The notes under the pieces were generated by a model. That model saw only the letters and a program-made list of their open reading frames with translations, had not been told where the DNA came from and ran no database searches. The position numbers were made by a program, and so were the translations under genes. A stretch of 64,000 bases of DNA from Macrostomum lignano (lineage: Eukaryota): NCBI GenBank assembly GCA_002269645.1, contig NIVC01001256.1, positions 248,001 to 312,000 on the forward strand, given 5' to 3'. Numbering within the stretch: position 1 is the first letter of the stretch; every line of letters begins with the position of its first letter. Positions 24,001 through 38,499 of this stretch are shown here, piece by piece.

Positions 24001-27000
24001 TTCTCTCCCTTTCCTCTTTCCTCTCTTCTCTCCCTTTCCTCTTGACTCTCTTCTCTCCCTTTCCTCTTTCCTCTCTTCTCTCCCTTTCCTCTTGACTCTC
24101 TTCTCTCCCCTTACTCTTGACTCTCTTCTCTCCCTTTCCTCTTGACTCTCTTCTCTCCCTTTCCTCTTTCCTCTCTTCTCTCCCTTTCCTCTTGACTCTC
24201 TTCTCTCCCTTTCCTCTTTCCTCTCTTCTCTCCCTTTCCTCTTGACTCTCTTCTCTCCCCTTACTCTTGACTGTCTTCTCTCCCCTTACTCTTGACTCTC
24301 TTCTCTCCCTTTCCTCTTGACTCTCTTCTCTCCCTTTCCTCTTGACTCTCTTCTCTCCCTTTCCTCTTGACTGTCTTCTCTCCCTTTCCTCTTGACTCTC
24401 TTCTCTCCCTTTCCTCTTGACTGTCTTCTCTCCCCTTACTCTTGACTCTCTTCTCTCCCTTTCCTCTTGACTCTCTTCTCTCCCTTTCCTCTTTCCTCTC
24501 TTCTCTCCCTTTCCTCTTGACTCTCTTCTCTCCCTTTCCTCTTTCCTCTCTTCTCTCCCTTTCCTCTTGACTCTCTTCTCTCCCCTTACTCTTGACTCTC
24601 TTCTCTCCCTTTCCTCTTGACTCTCTTCTCTCCCTTTCCTCTTGACTCTCTTCTCTCCCTTTCCTCTTGACTCTCTTCTCTCCCTTTCCTCTTGACTCTC
24701 TTCTCTCCCCTTACTCTTGACTCTCTTCTCTCCCTTTCCTCTTTCCTCTCTTCTCTCCCTTTCCTCTTGACTCTCTTCTCTCCCTTTCCTCTTTCCTCTC
24801 TTCTCTCCCTTTCCTCTTGACTCTCTTCTCTCCCTTTCCTCTTGACTCTCTTCTCTCCCTTTCCTCTTTCCTCTCTTCTCTCCCTTTCCTCTTGACTCTC
24901 TTCTCTCCCTTTCCTCTTTCCTCTCTTCTCTCCCTTTCCTCTTGACTCTCTTCTCTCCCCTTACTCTTGACTCTCTTCTCTCCCTTTCCTCTTTCCTCTC
25001 TTCTCTCCCTTTCCTCTTGACTCTCTTCTCTCCCTTTCCTCTTTCCTCTCTTCTCTCCCTTTCCTCTTGACTCTCTTCTCTCCCTTACTCTTGACTCTCT
25101 TCTCTCCCTTTCCTCTTTCCTCTCTTCTCTCCCTTTCCTCTTGACTCTCTTCTCTCCCTTTCCTCTTGACTCTCTTCTCTCCCCTTCCTCTTGACTCTCT
25201 TCTCTCCCTTTCCTCTTGACTCTCTTCTCTCCCTTTCCTCTTGACTCTCTTCTCTCCCCTTACTCTTGACTGTCTTCTCTCCCTTTCCTCTTGACTCTCT
25301 TCTCTCCCTTTCCTCTTGACTCTCTTCTCTCCCTTTCCTCTTGACTCTCTTCTCTCCCTTTCCTCTTGACTCTCTTCTCTCCCCTTACTCTTGACTCTCT
25401 TCTCTCCCTTTCCTCTTGACTCTCTTCTCTCCCCTTCCTCTTGACTCTCTTCTCTCCCTTTCCTCTTGACTGTCTTCTCTCCCTTTCCTCTTGACTGTCT
25501 TCTCTCCCTTTCCTCTTGACTGTCTTCTCTCCCTTTCCTCTTGACTCTCTTCTCTCCCTTTCCTCTTGACTCTCTTCTCTCCCTTTCCTCTTGACTCTCT
25601 TCTCTCCCTTTCCTCTTGACTCTCTTCTCTCCCTTTCCTCTTGACTCTCTTCTCTCCCTTTCCTCTTGACTCTCTTCTCTCCCTTTCCTCTTGACTCTCT
25701 TCTCTCCCTTTCCTCTTGACTCTCTTCTCTCCCTTTCCTCTTGACTCTCTTCTCTCCCCTTACTCTTGACTCTCTTCTCTCCCTTTCCTCTTGACTCTCT
25801 TCTCTCCCTTTCCTCTTGACTCTCTTCTCTCCCTTTCCTCTTTCCTCTCTTCTCTCCCTTTCCTCTTGACTCTCTTCTCTCCCCTTACTCTTGACTCTCT
25901 TCTCTCCCTTTCCTCTTGACTCTCTTCTCTCCCTTTCCTCTTTCCTCTCTTCTCTCCCTTTCCTCTTGACTCTCTTCTCTCCCTTTCCTCTTTCCTCTCT
26001 TCTCTCCCTTTCCTCTTGACTCTCTTCTCTCCCCTTACTCTTGACTGTCTTCTCTCCCCTTACTCTTGACTCTCTTCTCTCCCTTTCCTCTTGACTCTCT
26101 TCTCTCCCTTTCCTCTTGACTCTCTTCTCTCCCTTTCCTCTTGACTGTCTTCTCTCCCTTTCCTCTTGACTCTCTTCTCTCCCTTTCCTCTTGACTGTCT
26201 TCTCTCCCCTTACTCTTGACTCTCTTCTCTCCCTTTCCTCTTGACTCTCTTCTCTCCCTTTCCTCTTTCCTCTCTTCTCTCCCTTTCCTCTTGACTCTCT
26301 TCTCTCCCTTTCCTCTTTCCTCTCTTCTCTCCCTTTCCTCTTGACTCTCTTCTCTCCCCTTACTCTTGACTCTCTTCTCTCCCTTTCCTCTTGACTCTCT
26401 TCTCTCCCTTTCCTCTTGACTCTCTTCTCTCCCTTTCCTCTTGACTCTCTTCTCTCCCTTTCCTCTTGACTCTCTTCTCTCCCTTACTCTTGACTCTCTT
26501 CTCTCCCTTTCCTCTTTCCTCTCTTCTCTCCCTTTCCTCTTGACTCTCTTCTCTCCCTTTCCTCTTTCCTCTCTTCTCTCCCTTTCCTCTTGACTCTCTT
26601 CTCTCCCTTTCCTCTTGACTCTCTTCTCTCCCTTTCCTCTTTCCTCTCTTCTCTCCCTTTCCTCTTGACTCTCTTCTCTCCCTTTCCTCTTTCCTCTCTT
26701 CTCTCCCTTTCCTCTTGACTCTCTTCTCTCCCTTACTCTTGACTCTCTTCTCTCCCTTTCCTCTTTCCTCTCTTCTCTCCCTTTCCTCTTGACTCTCTTC
26801 TCTCCCTTTCCTCTTTCCTCTCTTCTCTCCCTTTCCTCTTGACTCTCTTCTCTCCCTTACTCTTGACTCTCTTCTCTCCCTTTCCTCTTTCCTCTCTTCT
26901 CTCCCTTTCCTCTTGACTCTCTTCTCTCCCTTTCCTCTTGACTCTCTTCTCTCCCCTTACTCTTGACTGTCTTCTCTCCCTTTCCTCTTGACTCTCTTCT

Positions 27001-28290
27001 CTCCCTTTCCTCTTGACTCTCTTCTCTCCCTTTCCTCTTGACTCTCTTCTCTCCCTTTCCTCTTGACTCTCTTCTCTCCCCTTACTCTTGACTCTCTTCT
27101 CTCCCTTTCCTCTTGACTCTCTTCTCTCCCTTTCCTCTTGACTCTCTTCTCTCCCTTTCCTCTTGACTCTCTTCTCTCCCTTTCCTCTTTCCTCTCTTCT
27201 CTCCCTTTCCTCTTGACTCTCTTCTCTCCCCTTACTCTTGACTCTCTTCTCTCCCTTTCCTCTTTCCTCTCTTCTCTTCCCTTTCCTCTTGACTGTCTTC
27301 TCTCCCTTTCCTCTTTACTCTCTTCTCTCCCCTTACTCTTGACTCTCTTCTCTCCCTTTCCTCTTTCCTCTCTTCTCTCCCTTTCCTCTTTCCTCTCTTC
27401 TCTCCCTTTCCTCTTGACTCTCTTCTCTCCCCTTACTCTTGACTCTCTTCTCTCCCTTTCCTCTTTCCTCTCTTCTCTCCCTTTCCTCTTGACTCTCTTC
27501 TCTCCCTTTCCTCTTGACTCTCTTCTCTCCCTTTCCTCTTGACTCTCTTCTCTCCCTTTCCTCTTGACTGTCTTCTCTCCCCTTACTCTTGACTCTCTTC
27601 TCTCCCTTTCCTCTTGACTCTCTTCTCTCCCTTTCCTCTTGACTGTCTTCTCTCCCTTTCCTCTTTACTCTCTTCTCTCCCCTTACTCTTGACTCTCTTC
27701 TCTCCCTTTCCTCTTTACTCTCTTCTCTTCCCTTTCCTCTTGACTGTCTTCTCTCCCTTTCCTCTTTACTCTCTTCTCTCCCCTTACTCTTGACTCTCTT
27801 CTCTCCCTTTCCTCTTTCCTCTCTTCTCTCCCTTTCCTCTTGACTCTCTTCTCTCCCCTTACTCTTGACTCTCTTCTCTCCCTTTCCTCTTTCCTCTCTT
27901 CTTTCCCTTTCCTCTTGACTCTCTTCTCTCCCTTTCCTCTTGACTCTCTTCTCTCCCTTTCCTCTTGACTCTCTTCTCTCCCTTTCCTCTTGACTCTCTT
28001 CTCTCCCTTTCCTCTTGACTCTCTTCTCTCCCTTTCCTCTTGACTCTCTTCTCTCCCTTTCCTCTTGACTCTCTTCTCTCCCTTTCCTCTTGACTCTCTT
28101 CTCTCCCTTTCCTCTTTACTCTCTTCTCTCCCTTTCCTCTTTACTCTCTTCCCTTCCATTTCCTCTTTACTCTCTTCTCTCCCTTTCTTCTTTACTCTCT
28201 TCTCTCCCTTTCCTCTTTACTCTCTTCTCTTCCATTTCCTCTTTACTTTCTTCTCTCCCTTTCTTCTTTACTCTCTTCTCTCCCTTTCCT
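21050..28290. repeat. ~7.2-kb polypyrimidine satellite, 25-bp unit (ctcttctctccctttcctcttgact), ~290 copies, with higher-order duplications
   Basis: Continuous array with recurrent variants (gactgt, ccccttact, ctttcct). It degenerates into CT-rich sequence up to ~28430. Confidence 0.98.
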
Positions 28291-28523
28291 CCTCTCTCAC
28301 CTCACCTCTCTCTCTCCCCTCTCCCTATCCTCTCTCCCCTCATCTCTCCTCTCCCGTCTCCCTTCTACTCTTTTTTCTCTTCTCTCATCTCCCCTTCGAT
28401 CTCCTTTCCCCTTCTTTCCTCCATACACTACATGTATCTCCATCCTATCGCTTAGAGCCTGATTCACGTTTCATTTTCTCGCTCTAAGTTACGGATCCCA
28501 GCCGATGAGAGCCTGAAACTTAC

Positions 28524-28611
28524 TGCTGCTGCTGCTGCTGCTGAGCTGAGGCGGGGCGGGCGAGCGCCAACGTTCCGAGCGAGCTCATGCGGCTGGCCGT
28601 TGCTGAGCAGT
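28524..28611 (-). CDS. candidate 88-nt exon, (R)LLSNGQPHELARNVGARPPRLSSAAAAAA; host gene unassigned
   Basis: tcctgtccccgcag| ... |gtaagt boundaries. Phase-compatible with the candidate exon at 33915-34159. No family recognised. Confidence 0.35.
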
Positions 28612-29784
28612 CTGCGGGGACAGGATTTGACTCGAGTTATGCCGCCTGCGCGATGGCTGGGAAGCTGTGCAAACTTGGAGCTCGCAAATTCGACACCCAA
28701 ACTGACCCTCCGAATGCACCGGGACTGCAGCCGTTTCTTAACCACAGATTAATGCGGGATTAAAGCCCACCCGCTCTAGACTTCCTCTACTCCCTGATGA
28801 AGGCGGAGGGGAGGGGCAGCCTCTCCCGCCAGCCCGGCAGGGGATTTGCGATTTGGAGAGATTATGGTAGAATGCGCGAGAGAGTTGAGTGAGTGGCTGG
28901 GCTGAGAGGCCAGCTGAGCTGAAATGATGACGCACTGGTAGAAAAAACAATAGGGAGGCTGGACTCTCGCTTTCAGCGCTTTTGTTTAGCCAGCTGGCAA
29001 TCAGGAAGTCAGGCCTCAGCGGACGGGCGACTGAGAATATTATAAACACATTAATAAAAAGATGAGGCCTGCCATAAGTAAGAAGCTGGGGATTTGGAAA
29101 ATAGGGATTTTTTGGCCCAGTTCGGGATTTGAGAGAGCACTTGCTCAGCTGCAAGGAGGGGGAGTAGATGCAGCAGAGATGCTGGCACAGGACCCCTGCA
29201 CTTCAGCCTCCTCCATTCCTACCCGCTTCGCATCAAGTCCGGACCTGCTGAATTTACATTAGGGGGAGGAGGGGTGGGTTTAGGGGATCATGGCCGGTGC
29301 GTACGCCAAGTTCTCCCGCCAGTCAGAAATTTATTTCGTCTGTTGCAGTGACAGGCAGCCCGGAGCTGTCAGCGCTGCCTGCTCTGGCGGTCTGGCGAGG
29401 CGGGGGATGGTGCTAGAATGCAGATCCGCCCCAGCTTCCCCATGGCCAGGGCGAGAGCTGCTGCTGGTGCTGGTGGTAGGGGGGGGGGGGGGCTGCGGCA
29501 GTTCCGCCGACTCAAGTGGTGGCCGCGGCTCTGCGAGGCGAGCGAACTCGGGCCGGCATTGGAGAAGGGGGCGGCCGACGGAGAGGAAAGAGAGAGGGAG
29601 ACAGAAATATCGAGAAGACACAGATTCCTGACGGGTCTTCCACTCTGCATGCTCGCAAGCTGAGCAATGAAAACTCTTCTCATTAAACCTTAATGTGCTC
29701 ATAATACCCTCGTGCTACGCTCAATATTGCAGAGGTGTCTTCAACTGTTTCCTTCCTCTACTTTTGGTTGAGACTGCCTTCGCC

Positions 29785-31173
29785 TCCCATTTCTCTACTT
29801 CTCCCACTGTCTCTAAATTACCCTCACCTGCCATTTCTCTACTTCTCCCACTGTCTCTAAATTACCCTCACCTGCCATTTCTCTACTTCTCCCACTGTCT
29901 CTAAATTACCCTCACCTGCCATTTCTCTATTCCTCACACTGACTCTAAATTACCCTCACCTGCCATTTCTCTACTTCTCACAATGTCTCTGACCTACTCT
30001 CTACTGCCATTTCTCTACTTCTCACAATGTCTCTGACCTACTCTCTACTGCCATTTCTCTACTTCTCACAGTGTCTCTGACCTGCCTTCACCTGCCATTT
30101 CTCTACTTCTCACAGTGTCTCTGACCTGCCTTCACCTGCCATTTCTCTACTTCTCACACTGTCTCTCACCTTCCTTCACCTGCCATTTCTCTACTTCTCA
30201 CACTGTCTCTCACCTTCCTTCACCTGCCATTTCTCTACTTCTCACACTGTCTCTCACCTTCCTTCACCTGCCATTTCTCTACTCCTCACACTGTCTCTAA
30301 ATTTCCCTCACCTGCCATTTCTCTACTTCTCACACTGTCTCTAAATTTCCCTCACCTGCTATTTCTCTACTTCTCACACTGTCTCTCACCTGCCTTCACC
30401 TGCCATTTCTCTACTTCTCACACTGTCTCTCACCTTCCTTCACCTGCCATTTCTCTACTTCTCACACTGTCTCTCACCTTCCTTCACCTGCCATTTCTCT
30501 ACTTCTCACACTGTCTCTCACCTTCCTTCACCTGCCATTTCTCTACTTCTCACACTGTCTCTCACCTTCCTTCACCTGCCATTTCTCTACTTCTCACACT
30601 GTCTCTCACCTTCCTTCACCTGCCATTTCTCTACTTCTCACAGTGTCTCTGACCTGCCTTCACCTGCCATTTCTCTACTTCTCACACTGTCTCTCACCTT
30701 CCTTCACCTGCCATTTCTCTACTTCTCACACTGTCTCTCACCTTCCTTCACCTGCCATTTCTCTACTTCTCACACTGTCTCTCACCTTCCTTCACCTGCC
30801 ATTTCTCTACTTCTCACACTGTCTCTAAATTTCCCTCACCTGCCATTTCTCTACTTCTCACACTGTCTCTAAATTTCCCTCACCTGCCATTTCTCTACTT
30901 CTCACACTGTCTCTCACCTGCCTTCACCTGCCATTTCTCTACTTCTCACACTGTCTCTCACCTTCCTTCACCTGCCATTTCTCTACTTCTCACACTGTCT
31001 CTCACCTTCCTTCACCTGCCATTTCTCTACTTCTCACACTGTCTCTCACCTTCCTTCACCTGCCATTTCTCTACTTCTCACACTGTCTCTCACCTTCCTT
31101 CACCTGCCATTTCTCTACTTCTCACAATGTCTCTGACCTACTCTCTACTGCCATTTCTCTACTTCTCACAGTG
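29785..31173. repeat. 44-bp minisatellite, ~32 copies
   Basis: Unit tcacctgccatttctctacttctcacactgtctctcaccttcct. The near-identical ORFs at 30115 and 30643 are offset by 528 = 12 x 44. Confidence 0.96.
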
Positions 31174-31741
31174 TCAGCAACTAAAATTATATATTTTTCC
31201 CTCTTTAAAACCTAAAACCCGACCAATGCTTAAAATTGGCCAATGACTTTACTCACTGTGTCCATCTTGGCACTGGGAGATGAACCTTCAGTTGAAATTT
31301 TGTTCCTTAAAATTTTCAGGTCTCAGCCTGATCTTAGCCGTGCAAATCTGCACTGCATCCTTGAAATTAGAACCCAGGGGCGCTGCCAGTCCCGCCGCCA
31401 ATGGCTCCGAGCCGTCGGGTTCACGCTGGGGCAACAGCTGAGCCGGACAATTGATGGGGAAGCGGAGAGGCTGGGCCGGTGAATTTTCCCGCCTAAATCC
31501 CCCTCCCCCATTTCAATAAGGTTTCTCTCTGCTTCTCTCGCCTATCGAGGTGTCAAGCAGTTGAGTGATACTCAAATGACCCGGGGCTGAGTGGATTCAT
31601 GAGCAGCCTCTGAGGAAGCTGGACTGCCTGTTGCGTCACTCGCTACAATGGGGCTTTGACCCCCCACCAGTAATTGTTGCTGGGCTTGAACTCCAGCAAA
31701 TTTAGCACTGAGCTGCTCTTAGCTGATGGACACACAAGCGG

Positions 31742-32690
<949 letters not shown>

Positions 32691-33179
32691 AGAGAATAAT
32701 ACAAAGCACAAACGCATTAATAGCAATACAAGAACTATACTCAACCGGTGCGATGGGAAATAATTTTATTGAATCGCTCATTCAAAACTCCGGGCGCGTG
32801 AGGCTCTCAGTCCGATCTTCACAATCGCGCATTTTCTGACCCGTTTGAATTTCCGCCTGTGGGTCTGCGGAAGATGCCCCAACCCCAGTTCTTCAAGCCT
32901 AACCAACAACCTGATGTAGGCGCTTTGACGCCGAAATGGGTTCTTTTTATTAACGAAAACTCTGCTCCACTTTGTAAAGCTACAGATTCTAGACGAATAG
33001 TTTATTGCCGTTGGATATTCCGAATTATATCACGATCTTGAGATGCCAAAACTCTGAAGCAATCGAGAAAGAAGTCATGAGCCAATCTAGAGGGACGAGG
33101 TGACAGAAGGAAATGCAATAGAAGAAAGCAATAAACACGAGCGGAGAAAGAGAGTAGAAAAGAAAAGGATGTGAAAGAG

Positions 33180-33825
33180 AGGGTGTGAATGAATAGGGTG
33201 TGAATGAACAGAGTGTGAATGAATAGGGTGTGAATGAATAGGGTGTGAATGAATAGGGTGTGAATGAAAAGGGTGTGAATGAAAAGGGTGTGAATGAAAA
33301 GGGTGTGAATGAATAGGGTGTGAATGAATAGGGTGTGAATGAATAGGGTGTGAATGAATAGGGTGTGAATGAATAGGGTGTGAATGAATAGGGTGTGAAT
33401 GAATAGGGTGTGAATGAATAGGGTGTGAATGAATAGGGTGTGAAATAATCGGGTGTGAATGAGTAGGGTGTGAAATAATCGGGTGTGAATGAGTAGGGTG
33501 TGAATGAATAGAGTGTGAATGAGTAGGGTGTGAAAGAAGAGGGTGTGAAAGAATAGGGTGTGAGTGAATAGGGTGTGAATGAATAGGGTGTGAATGAATA
33601 GGGTGTGAATGAATAGGGTGTGAATGAATAGGGTGTGAAATAATCGGGTGTGAATGAGTAGGGTGTGAATGAATAGAGTGTGAATGAGTAGGGTGTGAAA
33701 GAAGAGGGTGTGAAAGAATAGGGTGTGAATGAATAGGGTGTGAATGAATAGAGTGTGAATGAGTAGGGTGTGAATGAATAGGGTGTGAAAGAATCGGGTG
33801 TGAATGAAGAGGATGTGAAAGAAGA
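33180..33825. repeat. 15-bp minisatellite (gggtgtgaatgaata), ~43 copies
   Basis: Tandem units. They produce the SFTPY and HSHPI pseudo-ORFs. Confidence 0.96.
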
Positions 33826-33914
33826 CCGGTGGGAAAGAAGGGGCGCTCCAAAAAGTTTTGCAGCCAAAAATCTATATCAAGCAACAGAGCCCATTGCCAC
33901 GGACAGGCCCCTAC

Positions 33915-34159
33915 CTGGAGGTCTCAGAAGTGGCGAACACACTCGTGCCGGAAGCTCGCTTAGCCAACATGGGGTTTGGCTTGTAGCACATTCGCTGCTG
34001 CTGCTGCTGCTGCTGTGTCCTTCTGGCCAGCAGATGTCGATACTTCCCATAGAGCAGCGGTGGCGCAGGCGGCGGCGGGCACGGCGCGGACAGGCAGCGG
34101 CAGTCGCCTCCTCCGCCGCCTCCGCAGACGCGACAGCTAGACGCTGGCAGCGGCTGCTC
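33915..34159 (-). CDS. candidate 245-nt exon, EQPLPASSCRVCGGGGGGDCRCLSAPCPPPPAPPLLYGKYRHLLARRTQQQQQQQRMCYKPNPMLAKRASGTSVFATSETS; host gene unassigned
   Basis: Long pyrimidine tract ending gccacgcag|, open frame throughout, and an AG|gtaggg donor. Poly-G/P/Q composition like the confirmed exons. Confidence 0.4.
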
Positions 34160-34704
34160 CTGCGTGGCGAAGCGGGAGCGAACAGGAAAAAAGCAATTTA
34201 TTTGCCATATGCTAATTTTGCTACTTCTAGTAGGGCAGCCTGTTAAAATTTTAAATCTTTCATGCTAGTTCATGCGAAAGTTCCTGAATTTTATCGCTTT
34301 TCCTCCTCAATATACCGGATGAATTTGTTGTTAAATTTCAACTAAAATTGCTTTTCTCTACGCTGGTGTACGGAGATGACTAATTGAATAGCAGCTGTCC
34401 TGACATTTTCGAGTAATTCGCATTGATCTGCCAATGGCATCTGCACTGAAAGTAGTCGCCCCTGTGCTTTTCTTAAGTTTTCTATTGCCGCCTATAACGG
34501 GATGGCGGGCAGCGGAAGGCAGCGGAAGGCACAGCGGACTTTGACGAGTCAGCGACAGACGCTGCGGACTGTGCAGTGAAATCCGGCCACCAGCGGCAGT
34601 CAGGGTGCCTGCTTGAAGATGGCCGGGATGGCTTTGGAAATGAATTCGATTGCAGAAAAGTGCACGAGCCGCATGCTTTGTACCTTGTTTGAATGCAGTG
34701 CCGA

Positions 34705-34985
34705 GCGGAGAGTGGAGAGTGGAGATTAGAGAGTGGAGAGAAAAGAGTGGAGAGTGGAAAGTGGAGAGAATACATGTAGATAGTAGAGTGGAAAGTGGAG
34801 AGAGTAGAGGGGAGAGTGGAGGGGAGAGCGGACAGGGGAAAGAGTGAGAGGGGAAAGGAGAGAGGGGAGAGGGAAGAGTGGTGTAGAGAGGAGAGGGGAG
34901 AGGGAAGAGTGGTGTGTAGAGAGGAGAGGGGAGAGGGGAGAGGGGAGAGGGGAGAGCGGAGAACAGCGAGTGGGAAGCAGAGAGT
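34705..34985. repeat. degenerate GA-rich low-complexity tract
   Basis: agagtggag/gagaggg-like imperfect repeats. Confidence 0.75.
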
Positions 34986-35635
34986 TGAGAGGGACATCAA
35001 AGAGGGGGGCGGGGTCCTAATTTAAGTAAAGCTGTTAAGTCCTTATGGTGGCGGGTGAGTTAAGCTTAGACTAGCAGCTGTCAGCAGAGAATGGAGAGAA
35101 ATGAGATGGCGGGTAAGGGAGACAAACACAGGCGACGTAAAGGAATTTACAGAATATAGCGATATTCTGACCTGCATGCAGAAGGATGTAGCCTCTATGC
35201 ATGTAAAGACAGTATTGGTGAGGTGAGGCTGGAAAAGATATGGAGAGTCAGAGCTTCATGGCAGCGTTGCAGTTGCGGGCTTCACCCAAGCGGAAATGTC
35301 CTGTCCTCGCTGATGAACTCCAACAGACCCCCCGAAAAAAACTTCGGGAGCAGTGAGGCGCAGAGTGATCAGTGTCTGGCTCTGTTTGGTTTTCACCTGG
35401 TGCTGGACAAGCACTATTCACAAGGCCCTGCCATCATTCTGGAGAGAGTTGGCGAACTTCTGGTGGTGGGTGGGTGGCCGCATGACCAATTTCATAATCC
35501 AGCCAGTGCAAAGGTGAGTGAAATTGGTGCACGTTCTAATCAATAAAATAATTAGCCAATATCAGGAGTGAAAAAGTGCAAAGTATTATCGGATAGTATC
35601 AAGGGTGCTAATAGTTCTTATCAGTAAATACGCTT

Positions 35636-35933
35636 TATCAGCAAACGTAGGATATTGATATCAAAGGTGCGAAATCTTATCGGCAAACGTAGGATGATAA
35701 TATTTGATATCAAAGGTGCGAAATCTTATCGGCAAACGTAGGATGATAATATTTGATATCAAAGGTGCGAAATCTTATCGGCAAACGTAGGATGATAATA
35801 TTTGATATCAAAGGTGCGAAATCTTATCAGCAAACGTAGGATGATAATATTTGATATCAAAGGTGCGAAATCTTATCGGCAAACATAGGATGATAATATT
35901 TGATATCAAAGGTGCGAAATCTTATCAGCAAAC
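35636..35933. repeat. 49-bp minisatellite, ~6 copies, most units containing the palindrome TTTGATATCAAA
   Basis: Unit atttgatatcaaaggtgcgaaatcttatcggcaaacgtaggatgataat; caaaggtgcg at 35711 and 35760. Confidence 0.93.
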
Positions 35934-36544
35934 GCACTCAATAATAAAATGATTGCTCTGAATTCCAATGGTCATCAGAGTCGGTGCCCACAGATGGCAG
36001 CGGCAAACCAGAAAAACTTACTCTGGTAGCCATTCGGTGTCTCTTGCCAGTTGAGTTGCATGAGGCAGTGCGTCTCAGCAGCCGTAGTCCTTAACAGGCC
36101 ACTCTTTGCTTAAATACTCTCCAAGCAGGAAAGTGGTCCTGCAGCCCTGGTAGAAAAATCCCTACCGCTCGGGAATTCCTGCCTCTCGCCGGCGGTTATT
36201 GGCGACGGGATCGCTGCGAAATTCCCATTCCCATTTGCTACGGACACTGGCTGCATGGACCGGCCCGACCCGACCGCGCCTCGGAACTTCAAGCCCTCAA
36301 TTAGCACTTTGATTCGCTATGGGGACTTTGCTGGCCACTCAAAACAGGGTGGGTGATATGAGAGGGAAAGTGAAGATAAATGGGAGGCATAAAAGAGAAG
36401 GGAGAGCAGCTCAGCGTGAGGAGAAAGACACCAGATGGGGGATAGAAAGTCTCATAGATGGGGGTAGAGTAGGGGAAGTATAGTGGTAGGGCGGTGGATG
36501 GGCATTAAGAGACCTAAGGAGAGGGTTAGAGAGACATCAGGGAA

Positions 36545-37465
36545 CGCGAGTAGAGATGCACCAGAGAGAGGGGTAAAGATACATTAGAGAGGGTAAAAAT
36601 AAACCAGAAAGGGGTAGAAGTACACCAAAGAGGGGGTAGAGATACACCAGAGAGGGGATAGAGATACACCAGAGAGGGGGTAGAGATACACTGCAGAGAG
36701 GGGGTAGAGATACACTGCAGAGAGGGGTAGAGATACACCAGAGAGGGGTAGAGATACACCAGAGAGGGGGTAGAGATACACCAGAGAGGGGGTAGAGATA
36801 CACCAGAGAGGGGGTAGAGATACACTGCAGAGAGGGGGTAGAGATACACCAGAGAGGGGTAGAGATACACCAGAGAGGGGGTAGAGATACACCAGAGAGG
36901 GGGTAGAGATACACTGCAGAGAGGGGATAGAAGTACACCAGAGAGGGGGTAGAGATACACTGCAGAGAGGGGATAGAAGTACACCAGAGAGGGGGTAGAG
37001 ATACACTGCAGAGAGGGGGTAGAGATACACTGCAGAGAGGGGTAGAGATACACTGCAGAGAGGGGGTAGAGATACACTGCAGAGAGGGGGTAGAGATACA
37101 CCAGAGAGGGGGTAGAGATACACTGCAGAGAGAGGGTAGAGATACACTGCAGAGAGGGGATAGAAGTACACCAGAGAGGGGTAGAGATACACTGCAGAGA
37201 GAGGGTAGAGATACACTCCAGAGAGGGGATAGAAGTACACCAGAGAGGGGTAGAGATACACCAGAGAGGGGGTAGAGATACACTGCAGAGAGGGGGTAGA
37301 AGTACACCAGAGAGGGGTAGAGATACACCAGAGAGGGGGTAGAGATACACTGCAGAGAGGGGGTAGAAGCACACCAGAGAGGGGGTAGAGATACACCAGA
37401 GAGGGGGTAGAGATACACCAGAGAGGGGGTAGAGATACACCAGAGAGGGGGTAGAGATACATCAG
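36545..37465. repeat. 20-23-bp minisatellite (ggggtagagatacaccagaga / ...cactgcagaga)
   Basis: Two interspersed unit variants. Confidence 0.94.
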
Positions 37466-38499
37466 GGAGTGGACGGAGATGCATTGAAGATGGAGGTAGA
37501 AATCGACATCTCTTAAAGATAGAGGTGGAATAAAAGTTGTGGAGCAAGAAATCAATCGGAAAAGAAGGAGATGAAGAAGGGGATCTGTGTCAATTATTGC
37601 ATTTAATTAACCAAAAAATAGTTTATGACTACTAAATAATTTCAGCTTTAGTGCAACAATGTTCCATGAGACTGCCAATCTTTTCATCACCTAGGAATTG
37701 AATTTCATTTCCCTCTCCACCCATACCTCCGCCCTGGAGTGTGCAGCTATATTCCATGTTGCACTTTTCAGTGTTTTTTTTCTCCCAACGCCCCGGGTTT
37801 CGGGGGCCGGGGCGATAAGGACTCAACAAGAGCCACGCCACTCACTGGAGTCCCCCCTTCTGGCTACTCCACAGCCCCTGTCGCTCCTCAATTCACAGAC
37901 TTCGGTCACTCGCCACAGTTTCATGGCTGAATAATTGTGGCTGAGAGGACCGGCTTCGGCGAGTGTGAATGGGGAGAGGGGGGAGAGAGTGGAGATCTGA
38001 CAGGCGGACAGCAACAGTCTCGAAGAGGAACAGCGGCAGCCCCGCGGTGAGTCATCGGCAACTCCAGTCGGCAGAGACAACTGAGCAAACTCTGCAAAAG
38101 GTCCGACAGGCCAAGCAGCTGCGGCCCGAGCCTCTCAGAGCCACTTTTGTCAGGGTGCTGAGTAGTGCTGCCGGGGCAGAGGGGAGCGAGAGACAGTGCG
38201 GCCGTCAAATCTGTCTGGGCACCTTTAGACTTTCTTTGGAGGGCCGCGGGGAGGTGTCGGAGGGTTCAAGCAGCAGCGTGTCCTGAGCCGGAGAGGTCAA
38301 TTGTGCAGGGTCCGGGTTAGACTTCGTTTTTCTTGGGTTTTTTGAAATTTAAACTATTTTTAAATTTTATGCCAGGTAGTTTCAGTTGGGATAAGGCTAA
38401 ATAATCACCAGCGACTCAAACAGTTTGCGAGTTCTGACGGCGAGAGTCGTGATGAAACTTTGGACTCCGTTTGAGGAGCAGTTTTCATGGTGGGCTGCT

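Noticed and set aside
27683-28159. K/R/E-rich ORF resembling a charged adhesive-type protein
   Set aside because: Arises from the 25-bp satellite. The unit is not a multiple of 3, and variants insert stops throughout the array.
35223-35546. Plus-strand ORF ending at a perfect AAG|gtgagt donor
   Set aside because: Could be an exon, but there is no clear acceptor, partner exon or homology.
35636-35933. CRISPR-like array (palindromic repeats at regular spacing); also considered for 49788-50308 and 59062-60162
   Set aside because: The intervening sequences are identical rather than unique spacers, there are no cas genes, and the context is eukaryotic.
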